Assembly (NCBI RefSeq): GCF_006345805.1 | Contig: NC_043007.1 | Coordinates: 24,676,001-24,740,000 of the forward strand | DNA: 64,000 nucleotides | Direction: 5' to 3' | Origin: Octopus sinensis | Lineage: Eukaryota | Shown here: positions 29,201-41,960 of the stretch, one piece after another | Position numbering within the stretch: the stretch's first letter is position 1 | How the letters are laid out: each line of letters begins with the position of its first letter | Made by a program: the position numbers and the translations under genes | Notes under the pieces: generated by a model | What the model saw: only the letters and a program-made list of their open reading frames with translations | What the model was told of the DNA's origin: nothing | The model's database searches: none

Positions 29201-29947
29201 GTGTTGATTGAAAGAAAAAATAACATAAAGAATAAGAATGGTGAATCCTGAGTCAATAAATGTTTAGATTGTGCAAGGAAATAAAAATGACTTGAATTGA
29301 AGACTTGGAAAAGTTAAGTTTCCGCCAGTCTCGCTGCTGTTGTTGTTGTTGCTGTTGTTTGTGTTCTATTTATGTTGTTGTTGTTGTTGTTGTAGATGTT
29401 GGTGCTTCCTCTCCATCACCACTCCAGCACCTACCCACCTACCCTTCCTTTCAAGAATACCAGGCCGTCTTGTATGTAATCTATCGGTCACAACAATTGA
29501 TCAGCCTTTCTCTGTCTCACTCTCTCTCTTGCTGTCTCTTATCTCTCTCTATCTCACTCTCTCTATCTTACTCTTTCTCTTTCATATACACACACAATCA
29601 ACAACACACTCACACGCACACACACACTCACTCACATACACACACACACACACACACAGACATCTGAATTTAGTTATGAATAAACTCAACTTCATTTATG
29701 AAGTACATTTCTTTTTATCTTGCGTACATCCGTATGAGTATTTGTGTGTATGTGTGTATATATATGTATGTATGTATGCAAATATATAAATATATATATA
29801 TTAAATATACAATATATATATATATCATCATCATCAACGGATATTAAATGATGAATATATATTGTATATTTATGTATGAATGGATGTAAACATATATATA
29901 TATATATATATAATACATATATATATATTGTATTATATATATATATT

Positions 29948-30105
29948 TATTCTCTCTCTGTTTATTTCCTCGAGTTCCTTTCTGTTGAAGAGCGTAGGCT
30001 CAAAATGTAAAAGACTTTCTCACTTTTCCAAATGTTAAACAAATACACCTGTTTGTTGTTTATACACCTGTCTTCGTCTTTTGTTTTTCTGTAAATTTCA
30101 ACTAC
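29948..30105 (+). mobile_element. (TA)n-embedded mini-element with a minimal hammerhead-like motif (29978-30013)
   Basis: cttt-CTGTTGA-A-GAGC gtag GCTC-aAAA-t-GTA-aaag; homologous to 37396-37568. Confidence 0.55.
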
Positions 30106-31837
30106 ATATATATATCTATATTTTATATCTATCTATATATATATATATATAGCTGTCCATTCATGCACTGTCTATTAACAGAACTGTGCTTTTGATAGTG
30201 GCTCAATGAGCCAGCTAGGCTTCTACATGTCTTTTTAGCAAGCCTTACATACTAACAAACCCACACATGCATACCAAAGTATACACAAATATATTCTGAT
30301 GTGTACCATTGTGTCTCTTCTTTTCGCTACCAATATGCTTGCAAAGCCTCCTACATACACTGCAAGTTATGAAATCTTTTGTCACAACTAATGTCTAATG
30401 ACTTTGTTAGTGATCATATTGTTTAGTACATATCTTTGAAAAACATAAACAATTGCATATAGTGAAGACTATACTCTTTTACTTGTTTCAGTCATTTGAC
30501 TGTGGCCATGCTGAAGCACCGCCTTTAGTCGAGTAAATCAATTCCAGGACTTATTCTTTATAAACCTAGTACTTATTCTATCAGTCTCTTTTGCCAAACC
30601 GCTAAGTTACAGTAACACACCAGCATCGGTTGTCAAGAGATGTTGGGGGGACAAACACAGACACACACATATATATATATATACATATATACGACAGGCT
30701 TCTTTCAGTTTCCGTCAACCAAATCCACTCAAAAAGGCTTTGGTTGACCCAAGGCTATAGTAGAAGACACTTGCCCAAAGTGCCATACAGTGGGACTGAA
30801 CCCGGAACCATGTGGTTGGTAAGCGAGCTACTTACCACATAGCCACTCCTGCACCTACTATACATTATAAATCATAAATTTCTTCTGCAACTTATCTTAT
30901 ATCTTTTGCTTGTTTCAGTCATTGGGTTATGGTCATGCTGGGGCACTACTTTCAAGGGTTCGGTTGAGCAAATCAACCTTGGTACTTGTTTTTTTCTTTC
31001 TTTTTTTTTTTTGTTTTCCTTAGTGTTTGGTACTTATTCTATTGGTCTCTTTTCCTCGACTGCGAAGTTATAGGAATGTAAACAAACCAACACTTGTCAT
31101 GTGAGAGAGATAGACAGCCACAAAGACATAAACATGCGTATGCATGCATTGTGTGTGTGTGTGTGTCTGTGCATGTGTGTATGTGTGTGTGCGTGTTTAG
31201 GAAGGGCACTCAACAGTAAAACCCTGCCAAAACAGATACAAAAGTCTGATGTAGGGTCCTGCCTGGTCAGCTCCTGTCAAACTGTCTAACCCATCAATGA
31301 TGATGATGAGGAGGAGTGGCTGTGTGGTAAGTAGCTTACTTACCAACCACATGGTTCCGGGTTCAGTCCCACTGCATGGCACCTTGGGCAAGTGTCTTTT
31401 ACTATAGCTTCGGGCTGACCAAAGCCTTGTGAGTGGATTTGGTAGAGGGAAACCGAAAGAAGCCAAACATGTATATGTATACATATGTGTGTATGTTTGT
31501 CCCCCCAGCATCGCTGGACAACTGATGTTGATGTGTATACATCCCTGTAACTTAGCAGTTCGGCAAAAGAGACTGATAGAATAAGCACTAGGCTTACAAA
31601 GAATAAGTCCTGTGGTCAATTTGCTTGACTAAAGGCGGTGCTCCAGCATGACCGCAGTCAAATGACTGAAACATATATATATATATGCTCTTTACTCTTT
31701 TACTTGTTTCAGTCATTTGACTGCGGCCATGCTGGAGCACCACCTTTAGTCGAGCAAATCGACCCCAGGACTCTTTTGCCGAACTGCTAAGTTACGGGGA
31801 CTAAACATGCCAGCATCAGTTATATATATATATATAA

Positions 31838-31871
<34 letters not shown>

Positions 31872-33418
31872 ATCTTTTACTTGTTTCAGTCATTAGACTA
31901 AGACCATACCTTAGAGAAATTTCAGCAGAATGAACCGGACCCAGTACTTTGCTAAACCGCTAAGTTATGGGGACATAAACATACCAACACCAGTTGTCAA
32001 GCAATGGTAGGGGACAATCATAGACACATGCACACACATACATATATACATAAAACAGGCTTCTTTCAGTTTTCGTCTCCCAAATCCACTCATAAGGCTT
32101 TTGTTGGCCTGAGGCTATAGTAGAAGACACTTGCCCAAGGCACCATATGTTAGGGGAAACAAGCTTCTTATTTCTTTACTGCCCACAAAGGGCTACACAC
32201 AGAGGGGACAAACAAGGACAGACAAGCAGATTAAGTCGATTATATCGACCCCAGTGCATAACTGGTACTTAATTAATCGACCCCGAAAGGATGAAAGGCA
32301 AAGTCGACTTCGGTGGAATTTGAACTCAGAACATAGCGGCAGACGAAATACGGCTACGCATTTCGTCCAGCGTGCTAACGCTTCTACCAGCTTGCTGCTT
32401 CTTACCACACAGCCACACCTGTCCTCACTTAAATTCTACATGCAAATTGCATGTTTTTTTTTCAAAAAATACATTCATGCTGTTCTTTATCTGTTGAAAC
32501 CTCACTCCACAATTTGTGGCATTCAAAAGCATTTCTTTCTAAGTCAACTTCACTTATTTTAAATGGATCAAACAAATCTTCTCTCCTACATCAATTCACC
32601 ACATGTTGCATTCCTTTACCATTTCTTCCACAAAGTTCAATCCCTTGAGATCTACTTTCACCACTTTTGCCCATGATTTTCTAGTTCTTCATCCCACAGG
32701 TTCCTTCCATTTAGATATCTTGGCACTTCTTTATTTATTTACCATTAACTAAACATATTACATGTTCATACAACTGCAGATATTTTTTTCTCTTCTGCAC
32801 TGGAGCTGATCCCTATTGCATCCAGTTATCTATTTTTACTCAATATATTTGTACTTCGCCGTTCATGTACACAAACATTGTACATTATACATTCATTTAA
32901 AGCACACTCACTTTATTTCTTTCTAAGCCTTTACACATCTTCTACATTCAATTCTCAAGTTTCTCAATCATTCACCATCACACTTTGTATGTAAGCATCC
33001 TACAATCCACTCTTCACTTAGAGAGAGAAACCTTTTTTTGCCAGCAGAGATAATGGCTCCCTGAACTTTTTTCTAACTTGTCCTTACTCTTGCAACTCAG
33101 TTTTTCAAAGAATCCATCTCCATTGTTAATCAGACCATCTAGATAAGAGAAGTTGATGGTCACTGCAGACACTTCTGAGCAAATGAAAGAATCCATTTCA
33201 CAATTGTTCTTATTACTAACTGCTCTTATGCATCTGCCTAGGGCTGAATTATGACCCATAGAGGCACTTAAAAGATTTTGGTGCCCCTGTATATAAGTAA
33301 TTCAAAATATAAACAATAATAAGCCATCAAATAAATTTTTAATTTCCAAAATAAAACAGAACCAACAGTAAGATAGAAAATAATTTTTATCTTTGTTTAC
33401 TTTCACTTTATATTTATA

Positions 33419-33967
33419 CAGGGTGGACCAAAATGATCTGACACATTTGGAGGCTTAATAAAAGCACAAGAAATAATGAAAAGAAAAATTTTATTTTCTG
33501 AATGTGCATATAATGCCATTTTACTTCATTAAGTTTTAAAAATTAAATCAGCTAAATGCTTCCCATCATTGTCAACACACTGTTGGAGATGCTCATGAAA
33601 GTTATCGATAACTCTATGGATCATTTCTTCTGGAATGGTTGCTATTTCTACACAAATTGTGCGTTTTAATTCATCAATAGATTGAGGGCGATGACTGAAT
33701 AATTTTGATTTTAAATATCCCCACAAGAATAAATCACATTTTACCGTTCCAGAAGAAATGATCCATAGAGTTATCGATAACTTTCATGAATGTCTCCAAC
33801 AGTGTGTTGACAATGATGGAAGCATTTAGCTGATTTAATTTTTAAAACTTAATGAAATAAAATGGCATTACATGTACATTCAGAAAATAAAATTTTTCGT
33901 TTCATTATTTCTTATTTTGTGCTTTTATTAAGCCTCCAAATGTGTTAGATCATTTTAGTCCACCCTG
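33419..33967. mobile_element. Tc1/mariner-derived foldback element carrying a transposase C-terminal fragment
   Basis: Arms 33419-33639 and 33743-33967 are inverted repeats; TA|cagggtgg...ccaccctg|CA ends; minus-strand DLFLWGYLKSKLFSHRPQSIDELK...LQQCVDNDGKH is typical of a Tc1/mariner C-terminus. Confidence 0.88.
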
Positions 33968-35349
33968 CATTTGAAAAGTTTGTTCCTATCTTTTTTAAAT
34001 TGCAAAGTCTCTATTACACCATGAACACTTTGAAATTATATTTTATATTTCTCATCATATAAGCCACTTTGAATATTATTTTAGCAAGCTTAACGGGATT
34101 TCTTTTGTGCCATAAGCCATTTACCATTTCTGTAGTACCCCCCAACCTGTTTACCTTGATGCCCTAAGCACATGCTTATTTTGCTTAATGGTTAATCCAG
34201 CTCTGCATCTGCCAAATACAAAGTCTTCCTTTACTATCAGCCTGCCTATGATCTTACTGCATCTTCTACATGCTCATAGTTTACATTGGATGGCCACTTC
34301 CAAGCTGATTGTGGTGTTGGCGGTCAGTGTTATGGGCTGTGATGGCTATGTGGTGTTGGTGGAGAGGATGACAGATGAAGTGGGCGGAAGTAGGGCTTAC
34401 AGGGGCCAGTGGAAGAGTGAAGGGCGCATGTGTGGCAGGAAGCACATGTGGTCAGCGAGGAAGCGTGGTCAGTTCCAGGACATGTTGAATTCATGAGAGA
34501 CCGCTGATTTCGCCAGGTAAGGCCTTTTGTATTTCTTTCTCCCGTTGCTTCTTTTTCTGTTGTTCTTTTCCTCCATCACACTACACTGATATTAGAATCC
34601 TGTCTTCTTTCCTGCTAAGACTTTAATCTTGGCAATGTTTTATTTTGCAGATCCTCAATTCTAAGCTTTCTCCCATGCAGGGAATGTCTTTTCTAAGAAA
34701 TTCTTTTTAATTCTCTTTGACAAATTTGGCTCTGAGACGTAGGGCGACAGTATACAGGAATTCCCACAGACAGCTGGTCATGGAGAACTAGGAACAAAAT
34801 AGGTTACAGACAAAAACCAAATCTTGATGGACATCCTCATGTGCACCAAATCCCTCAGTGCTCATTTCCCAAATCACTTTGCTGGTGGCATCTCTGCATA
34901 TCGCACTGCATACCTCTTATAATCTACATCTAGTCTTGTTAGCAATCATAAGATTGCAGAGATTGACCTTTGCAACAGACCATTTCCAGATCAACGAATG
35001 ATAGTTATAGGAGTTTATGCTTAGCTAAGAACATCTATGAAGAGTGCATCAGTAGTTCCATAGTTTAACATAAAACCAAACTGGATTCCATTTAATTAAT
35101 AAGCAACAACAATAACAACAATCCTTTCTATAATCAGTACAAAACCTGAAATTTTGGGGCAGGTAATGAGTTGATTGCATTGGCACCAGTGCATAACTGG
35201 TATTTATTTTATTGACCCCAGAAGGCAGAAAGGTAAAGTTGACCTTGGCAGAATTTGAACTCAGAACATAAAGACGGGTGAAATGTCATTAAACATTTTG
35301 CTTGGCTTCCTAACGACTCTGCCAGTTCACCATCTTAATAATATTAATA

Positions 35350-35423
<74 letters not shown>

Positions 35424-35425
<2 letters not shown>

Positions 35426-35797
35426 CAAGGAAAACAAACTTTGTTGGATCATAGATATAGCATGCCCAGCTGACAACAAGGTATGCAATAAGGAAGAAAG
35501 AAAAGTTGAGAGATATGACAGGTTAGCTTGGGAAGTTAAGCAGTTGTGGCCGATGAAAAAGGTAGAAGTAGTACCAATAATTGTCGGAGCCCTGGGAACA
35601 GTGAGCAAAAATCTCGAGAAGTACATGGAAGAAATAGGGGCTGCAATAAGGGTGGAGCACTTGCAGAAAACAGCACTGCTTGGAAGCACTCGAATACTCC
35701 GGCAGGAGCTCGAAAAATAAGAGGTGTTACCTTAGTTCACTTGTAGTGAACAGCTGACAGTGTAGCACATCTCCAGCATTAGAAGCTGTGCAAAGGC
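35424..35797 (+). mobile_element. 5'-truncated R4/Dong-type non-LTR retrotransposon (restriction-like endonuclease end) in (AAT)n
   Basis: CWIIDIACPAD...KEERKVERYDRLAWEVKQLW...VVPIIVGALG...LQKTALLGSTRILR; (AAT)n on both flanks. Confidence 0.85.
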
Positions 35798-36017
35798 AAT
35801 AATAATGAAAATTTATGGTTTGAAATTTTGGCACAAGGCCAGCCATTTCGGGGGAGGAGATAAGTTGATTACATTAACCCCCCCCCCCCCACACACACAC
35901 ACACTGCTTAACTGGTTCTTATTTTATTGACTGTGAAAGGATGAAAGGCAAAGTTGATCTTGGCAGAATTTGAATTCAGAATATAAAAAAAGACAAAATG
36001 CCAACTCACTGCCTTAA

Positions 36018-36240
36018 CCCTTTCATTACCGTATTTCTGTTGAGATTCTCTGTGTTTCTTTCAATTAATTTTAAATATAACAAAAAAATGTAGTAAAATA
36101 ACTTAGTTATCATTAAGCTAGTGTTAGGAATATAAATTGCGACCAAGGTTTGGTGGAAGATTTTAATTCAGAACTTTTGAAAACAAGACATTTGTACTAC
36201 AGAACCAGAGGCAGTTTCAGCTGGGTTGATATCGAAAGGG
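36018..36240. mobile_element. piggyBac-type MITE, second copy, inverted relative to 20422-20631
   Basis: TTAA|ccctttc...gaaaggg|TTAA. Confidence 0.8.
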
Positions 36241-36248
36241 TTAATAAT

Positions 36249-36414
36249 AGGCGCAGGAGTGGCTGCATGGTAAGTAACTTGCTTACCAACCACATGGTTC
36301 CGGGTTCAGTCCCACTGCATGGCACCTTGGGCAAGTGTCTTTTACCATAGCCGCGGGCCGGCCAAAGCCTTGTGAGTAGAATTGGTAGACGGAAACTGAA
36401 AGAAGCCTGTCGTA

Positions 36415-36473
<59 letters not shown>

Positions 36474-36648
36474 TTGTGTGTCTGTATTTATCCTCCCAAC
36501 ATCGCTTGACAACTGATGGTGGTGTGTTTACATCCCCGTAACTTAGCGGTTCAGCAAAAGAGACTGATAGAATAAGTACTAGGCTTATGAAGAATAAGTC
36601 CTGGGATTGATTTGCTCAACTAAAGGCGGTGCTCCAAGTAAAAGAGTA
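36249..36648 (+). mobile_element. SINE family A, ~50 bp from the exon D donor
   Basis: Near-full-length match to 21195-21608. Confidence 0.85.
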
Positions 36649-36700
36649 AAAAAATAACAGAAATAATAACAGTTAAATTAGTAAGACAGTCTGATGTTAC

Positions 36701-36934
36701 CTTGATGAATTCCACATAATCGTCATATGTGCCCTTCTGAGGGGCATAGTAAATACCACTGGAGGAGAACCTATATTTGGTTTCCTTTATAATTGCTGGG
36801 GTGTAAAAGTCTGCTAGAATGGTCAACAAGCAACGCCTGTCCCAGGAATCAGTGACACGTCCTCCATAGTTACATTCTCCAGTCATGTATGTGATGGCTT
36901 CAAACGGAACCTCTGAGTATTCCTTGATGAACAT
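36701..36934 (-). CDS. DNAH12: Axonemal dynein heavy chain (DNAH12-like), internal exon D
   Basis: 234 nt: MFIKEYSEVPFEAITYMTGECNYGGRVTDSWDRRCLLTILADFY...KGTYDDYVEFIK; acceptor acttttcag, donor GTAACA; GECNYGGRVTD motif. Confidence 0.96.
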
Positions 36935-37395
36935 CTGAAAAGTAAAAAATCCAATGTTTGAGGGAAGAAAAACCTGCAGGTGATCTCTGCTCAAGTTAAT
37001 ATCTCACATATAAGCACAGGTGTGATTAATAGGCTTGTTTCCGAGTCATGTGGTCTTGGGGGTTCAGTTCCACTGTGTGGCACAATGGATAAGTGGTTTC
37101 TACTATAGCCCCAGGCCAACAAAAGCCTTGTGAGTAGAGGAGGAGAGACATGGGATGGAAAGTAGCTGAAGAGGTTACAGAACGTGTGACAAAAGATTTA
37201 AGACAAAGGACACAAAAATAAGAACATTTATGAAGCCGAAGTGAAGGACAAATATGAAGCTTGTGTGTTTATTTGGCCAAAAAACAAAGAGAAAAAAAAA
37301 TCACCATCCTGAAATATAAGAATATCTGTTTCACATCAGAAATCATGCAAAACAAATATATAAATGAAATAAGACAGAAATATATATATATATAT

Positions 37396-37568
37396 CGTTA
37401 GCAACTACATACAACTTTTCTCTCCTTGTTTTTTCTGTGTCCCTTTCTGTAGAAGAGCGTAGGCTCGAAACATAAAAGACTTTTTCTATTCCTGAGCGTT
37501 ATACTAATACATCTGTTTGTTTTGTACACCACCTGTCTTCGTCTTTTGTTTTTTTCGTAAACTCTCCC
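37396..37568 (+). mobile_element. (TA)n-embedded mini-element with a minimal hammerhead-like motif (37443-37478)
   Basis: cttt-CTGTAGA-A-GAGC gtag GCTC-GAAA-C-ATA-aaag; TA tracts on both sides. Confidence 0.6.
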
Positions 37569-37617
37569 TATATATATATAATATATATATATATATAATA
37601 TATATATATATATACAT

Positions 37618-37650
<33 letters not shown>

Positions 37651-38688
37651 CATACACACACACATATACATATATATATAATCAGATAGTATCTAAATGG
37701 CAAGGGAACAAGAAATTACGTAGAAGTTCATTACATAGTTTCTTGTTTCCTTGTACACTCTCTACTCAACAAATGCTTTATTCTGAAGCATATGTTATAC
37801 TGAGTTCTAATCCCAGGTTATCAGTATCACTATGCCCAAGTGAAATTTTAAAATACTTACATCATCATCATCGTTTAACGTCTGCTTTCCATGCAGCATG
37901 GGTTGGACGATTTGACTGAGGACTGGTGAACCAGATGGCTGCACCAGGCTCCAATCTTGATCTGGCAGAGTTTCTACAGCTGGATGCCCTTCCTAACGCC
38001 AACCACTCCTAGAGTGTAGTGGATGCTTTTATGTGCCACCTGCACGAGGGCCAGTCAAGTGGTACTGGCAATGGCCACGCTCAAATGATGCTTTTTATGT
38101 GCCACCTGCACAGGAGCCAGTCCAGCGGCACTGGCAATGACCTTGCTCGAATGTTTATATATATATATATATAAAATTGTTTTTAAGTTTTTTTACCCGA
38201 TCACTTGGAAGTGGTCAGGTCGAACCTAAGATGTTAGACATTATATAACTTGGTATAAGAAGAGACAAAAATATAGATCATCATTTTATATTTATGATTT
38301 ACATCAACATAATAAATAAATAAATACATACATAGGTATAACATAAAATTACATGAAGACAAGGAACATATCTATATATTATTTAGAAAGAAATAATCTG
38401 CTCATTTGCTCATTTCTGTACTACTAATACATGCGTATGTATTCATCTAATTCATTGGGATAATTAGACATATTAGAATGTTTACCAGCTGATGTCTGTC
38501 TCAATTTTGTATCCTCTCCACTTTCTTATTTGCCATATATATATATATATATATATATGGTTGGCGTTAGGAAGGGCATCCAGCCGTAGAAACACTGCCA
38601 GATCTGACTGGCCTGGTGCAGCCTTCGGGCTTGCCAGACCCCAGTTGAACCGTCCAACCCATGCTAGCATGGAAAGCGGACATTAAAC

Positions 38689-38721
<33 letters not shown>

Positions 38722-38765
38722 ACACACACACAACTGCAAAGTAGCTAGTTAGAAAACTGAAGTGG

Positions 38766-38804
<39 letters not shown>

Positions 38805-41112
38805 CATATTTATATATATGCATATGTATATGTGTATTTGTATGTACTCTTGTCTCGACATCACATAATGGATGTATATTAAGCATCTTCAACATCATCA
38901 ACATACAAGCGAGATTGTTCATTTCCAGTCTTCTGTAAAAAGAAACATGTCTAACTATGGGAAAACACGACCTTACTTTGAAACAGGTGAGTGTTGATGA
39001 CAAGAAGGGAATCTAGCCATAGTGACTCTGCTTCAACAAATTTCATCTGACCCTTGAAAGCATGGAAAAGTGGATGTTAAGTGGTGATGGTGATGCAAAT
39101 GATGATACTTGAAATATAGATCCACACAACATAGTAAGGAAGTCTCCCCAAACTTGATGTTGCCATCCATCCTTCTGGGCCCACAAACCCACTGGCCCTG
39201 ATGTTACTGTTTTATCCTTCAGGTGTCAAAAATTTAATTACCAGGCATCATAAGGGTGAGAGTTGTTATAGTTTAACCTTAAGCAGCCCTGATCCAGTAG
39301 ACATACCAGAGATGCTCCAGCCATGACCATCCCGTCTTTTATTCAGATATACTGCATCTAGGATTATATTAGTCAGTGTATCCTTCCTGGTTGTTTAACT
39401 CAAGGTCAGCCTTGATCCAGCAGACCTTTGACCAAAGACATTCCAGCTGTGACTATCCTACTTCGTTTTTTATATCAGGAAGTACTAATGACTCCTTTAT
39501 TTAAGAAAATATGATGCAAGTTGAGAGAGATTTAGCTACTATTTCTAGCAGGTTGGGTAACTGTATAGAAGCTCTCACAATTTCATTGTTTTACTTCAAT
39601 TGTTCCTCTTTGCTTATAATTCTGTCATTTTTAACAATTAAGCCAACCTCAAGTAATAGCTAAACCATTTGTTTTTATAACGTGAACCCAACTTTTAAGG
39701 ATTAAATAACAGGATATGATAGGATCTGAAATATGAAACAATTTAAGGGCCTCAGTTTGGCTCTAGTTTTATGGTCTGAAGTGGATGAGAGATAAACATT
39801 TTCCATGATAAGATACAATTTCTCGCACAGTTAACATTCTCAGATGATCTAGTGTTTTGTAGGTGAACAGAATTAAGTAGAATATAATGTTTCTGTATTT
39901 TTTTTTTGGCACCCGTGCCAGTGGAGCGCAGTCAGCTCCATCCGAGTGGGATCACTGCCAGAGCAGCTGTCTGGCTTCCGTGCCAGTGGCACGTAAAAAG
40001 CACCATTTGAGCATGATCATTACCAGTGTCACCTTTCAGGCACATGAACAAAACATTCAAGTGAGGTCGTTGCCAGTGCCGTTGGACTGACTCCTGTGCA
40101 GGTGGCACGTAAAAAAACACCATTTCGAGCATGGCCATTGCCGGTACTGCCAGACTGGCCCTCATGCCGGTGGTACGTAAAAGCACCCACTACACCCTCA
40201 GAGTGGTTGGCATTAGGAAGGGCATCCAGCTGTAGAAACTCTGCCAGATCAGATTGGAGCCTGGTGCAGCCATCTGGTTTGCCAGTCCTCAATCAAATCG
40301 TCCACCCATGCTAGCATGGAAAGTGGACGTTAAATGATGACGACGACGCTGATGATGATGATGACACTGTGATGAGAGATAACTCTCCTCTAGGATAAGA
40401 CACAGTCTATCACAGTTAACATGACTGGATAATCTTGTAGTCATTCCTATACAGCTGTTCCCGAAAAGGAATGAATAAGACAGCAATGTCTGCACATCCA
40501 TGATGGTACAATTGGCCACAGAACCAAAGATATCCACTGTGAGTATTAAAGAAAAAAAATATTAAAAAATAGAATCTGTTCACATAATCTATAGACAGGT
40601 AGCTGGGTATCTTCACTGGCAAATTTTCAGACATTTGAAAATAGATATAACAGAAAGATGGTACCAAACCAGCATAATTCTGAGAATATCCTGGAAAAAG
40701 TCTTATTCCAAAGCAAAAAAAAAAAAAAAAGAAAAGAAATAAAAGGAAAAAAACCCTAAAAAAGACATGAATAACAATCTTTATGAATTAGCATAACCAC
40801 TTATTTTCTAGTGTGCATGCATGCACACAGCTGCAATCGCACATGCAAACCCGTATATACAAATACGCACATAATTACATCATTAGTTATATGAGGAGGG
40901 AACATAGCCAATATCAAAAAAATTGATTAAATGTCTAAATGTCCGAGATGAGTTGTTGTTATGATTATAATTTTACAGACTATTAACCTCATCTGTATAT
41001 GTATATATACACACACACATATATACACACACACACATATATATATATACACACACACATATACATACACATGAGGTTAATAATCTTTTATATATATATA
41101 TAAATATAAATA

Positions 41113-41160
<48 letters not shown>

Positions 41161-41332
41161 TGTGGCTGTGCGGTAGGAAGCTTGTTTCCCAACCACCTGG
41201 TTCCAGTTCAGTCCTGCTGTGAGGCACTTTAGGCAAATTTCTTCGACTGTAGCCTCGGGCTGACCAAAGCCTTGTGAGTAGATTTGGTTGATGGAAACTG
41301 AAAGAAGCCCATCTTATATACTCTCTCTCTTT

Positions 41333-41745
41333 TCTCTTTTACTCTTTTACTTGTTTCAGTCATTTGACTGCGGCCATGCTGGAGCACCGCCTTTAGTCGA
41401 GCAAATCGAGCCCGGGACTTATTCTTTTGTAAGCCCAGTACTTATTCTATCGGTCTCTTTTGCCGAACTGCTAAGTGACGGGGACGTAAACACACCAGCA
41501 TCGGTTGTCAAGCAATGCTAGGGGGACAAACACAGACACACAAACATATACACACACATACATATATATATATATATACATATATACAACAGGCTTCTTT
41601 CAGTTTCCGTCTACCAAATCCACTCACAAGGCTTTGGTGGGCCCGAGGCTATAGCAGAAGACACTTGCCCAAGGTGCCACGCAGTGGGACTGAACCCGGA
41701 ACCATGTGGTTGGTAAACAAGCTACTTACCACACAGCCACTCCTG
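41333..41745 (-). mobile_element. SINE family A inserted in reverse inside an older family A copy
   Basis: Plus-strand 5' half at 41157-41310 and 3' half at about 41770-41950 flank it. Confidence 0.75.
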
Positions 41746-41960
41746 TGTGTGTGTGCGATTGTCTACCACTACTGCTTGACAACTGGTGTTGGTGTGTTTA
41801 CATCCCTGCAACTTAGCAGTTCAGCAAAAGAAACTGAGAATGAGTACCAGGCTTAGAAATAAGTACTGGATGGGAGAGTCAATTTATGTGACTAAAATTC
41901 CTGAAGGTGATGCTGAAGCATGGCCACTGCCAAAAGACCAAAAAGATAAAATGATGAAAA

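Noticed and set aside
29470-29495. Minus-strand TTGTGACCG resembling the miR-2001 5' end; TGGCAAGAT at 13739 resembling the miR-31 seed
   Set aside because: Only the seed matches and no pre-miRNA hairpin is visible
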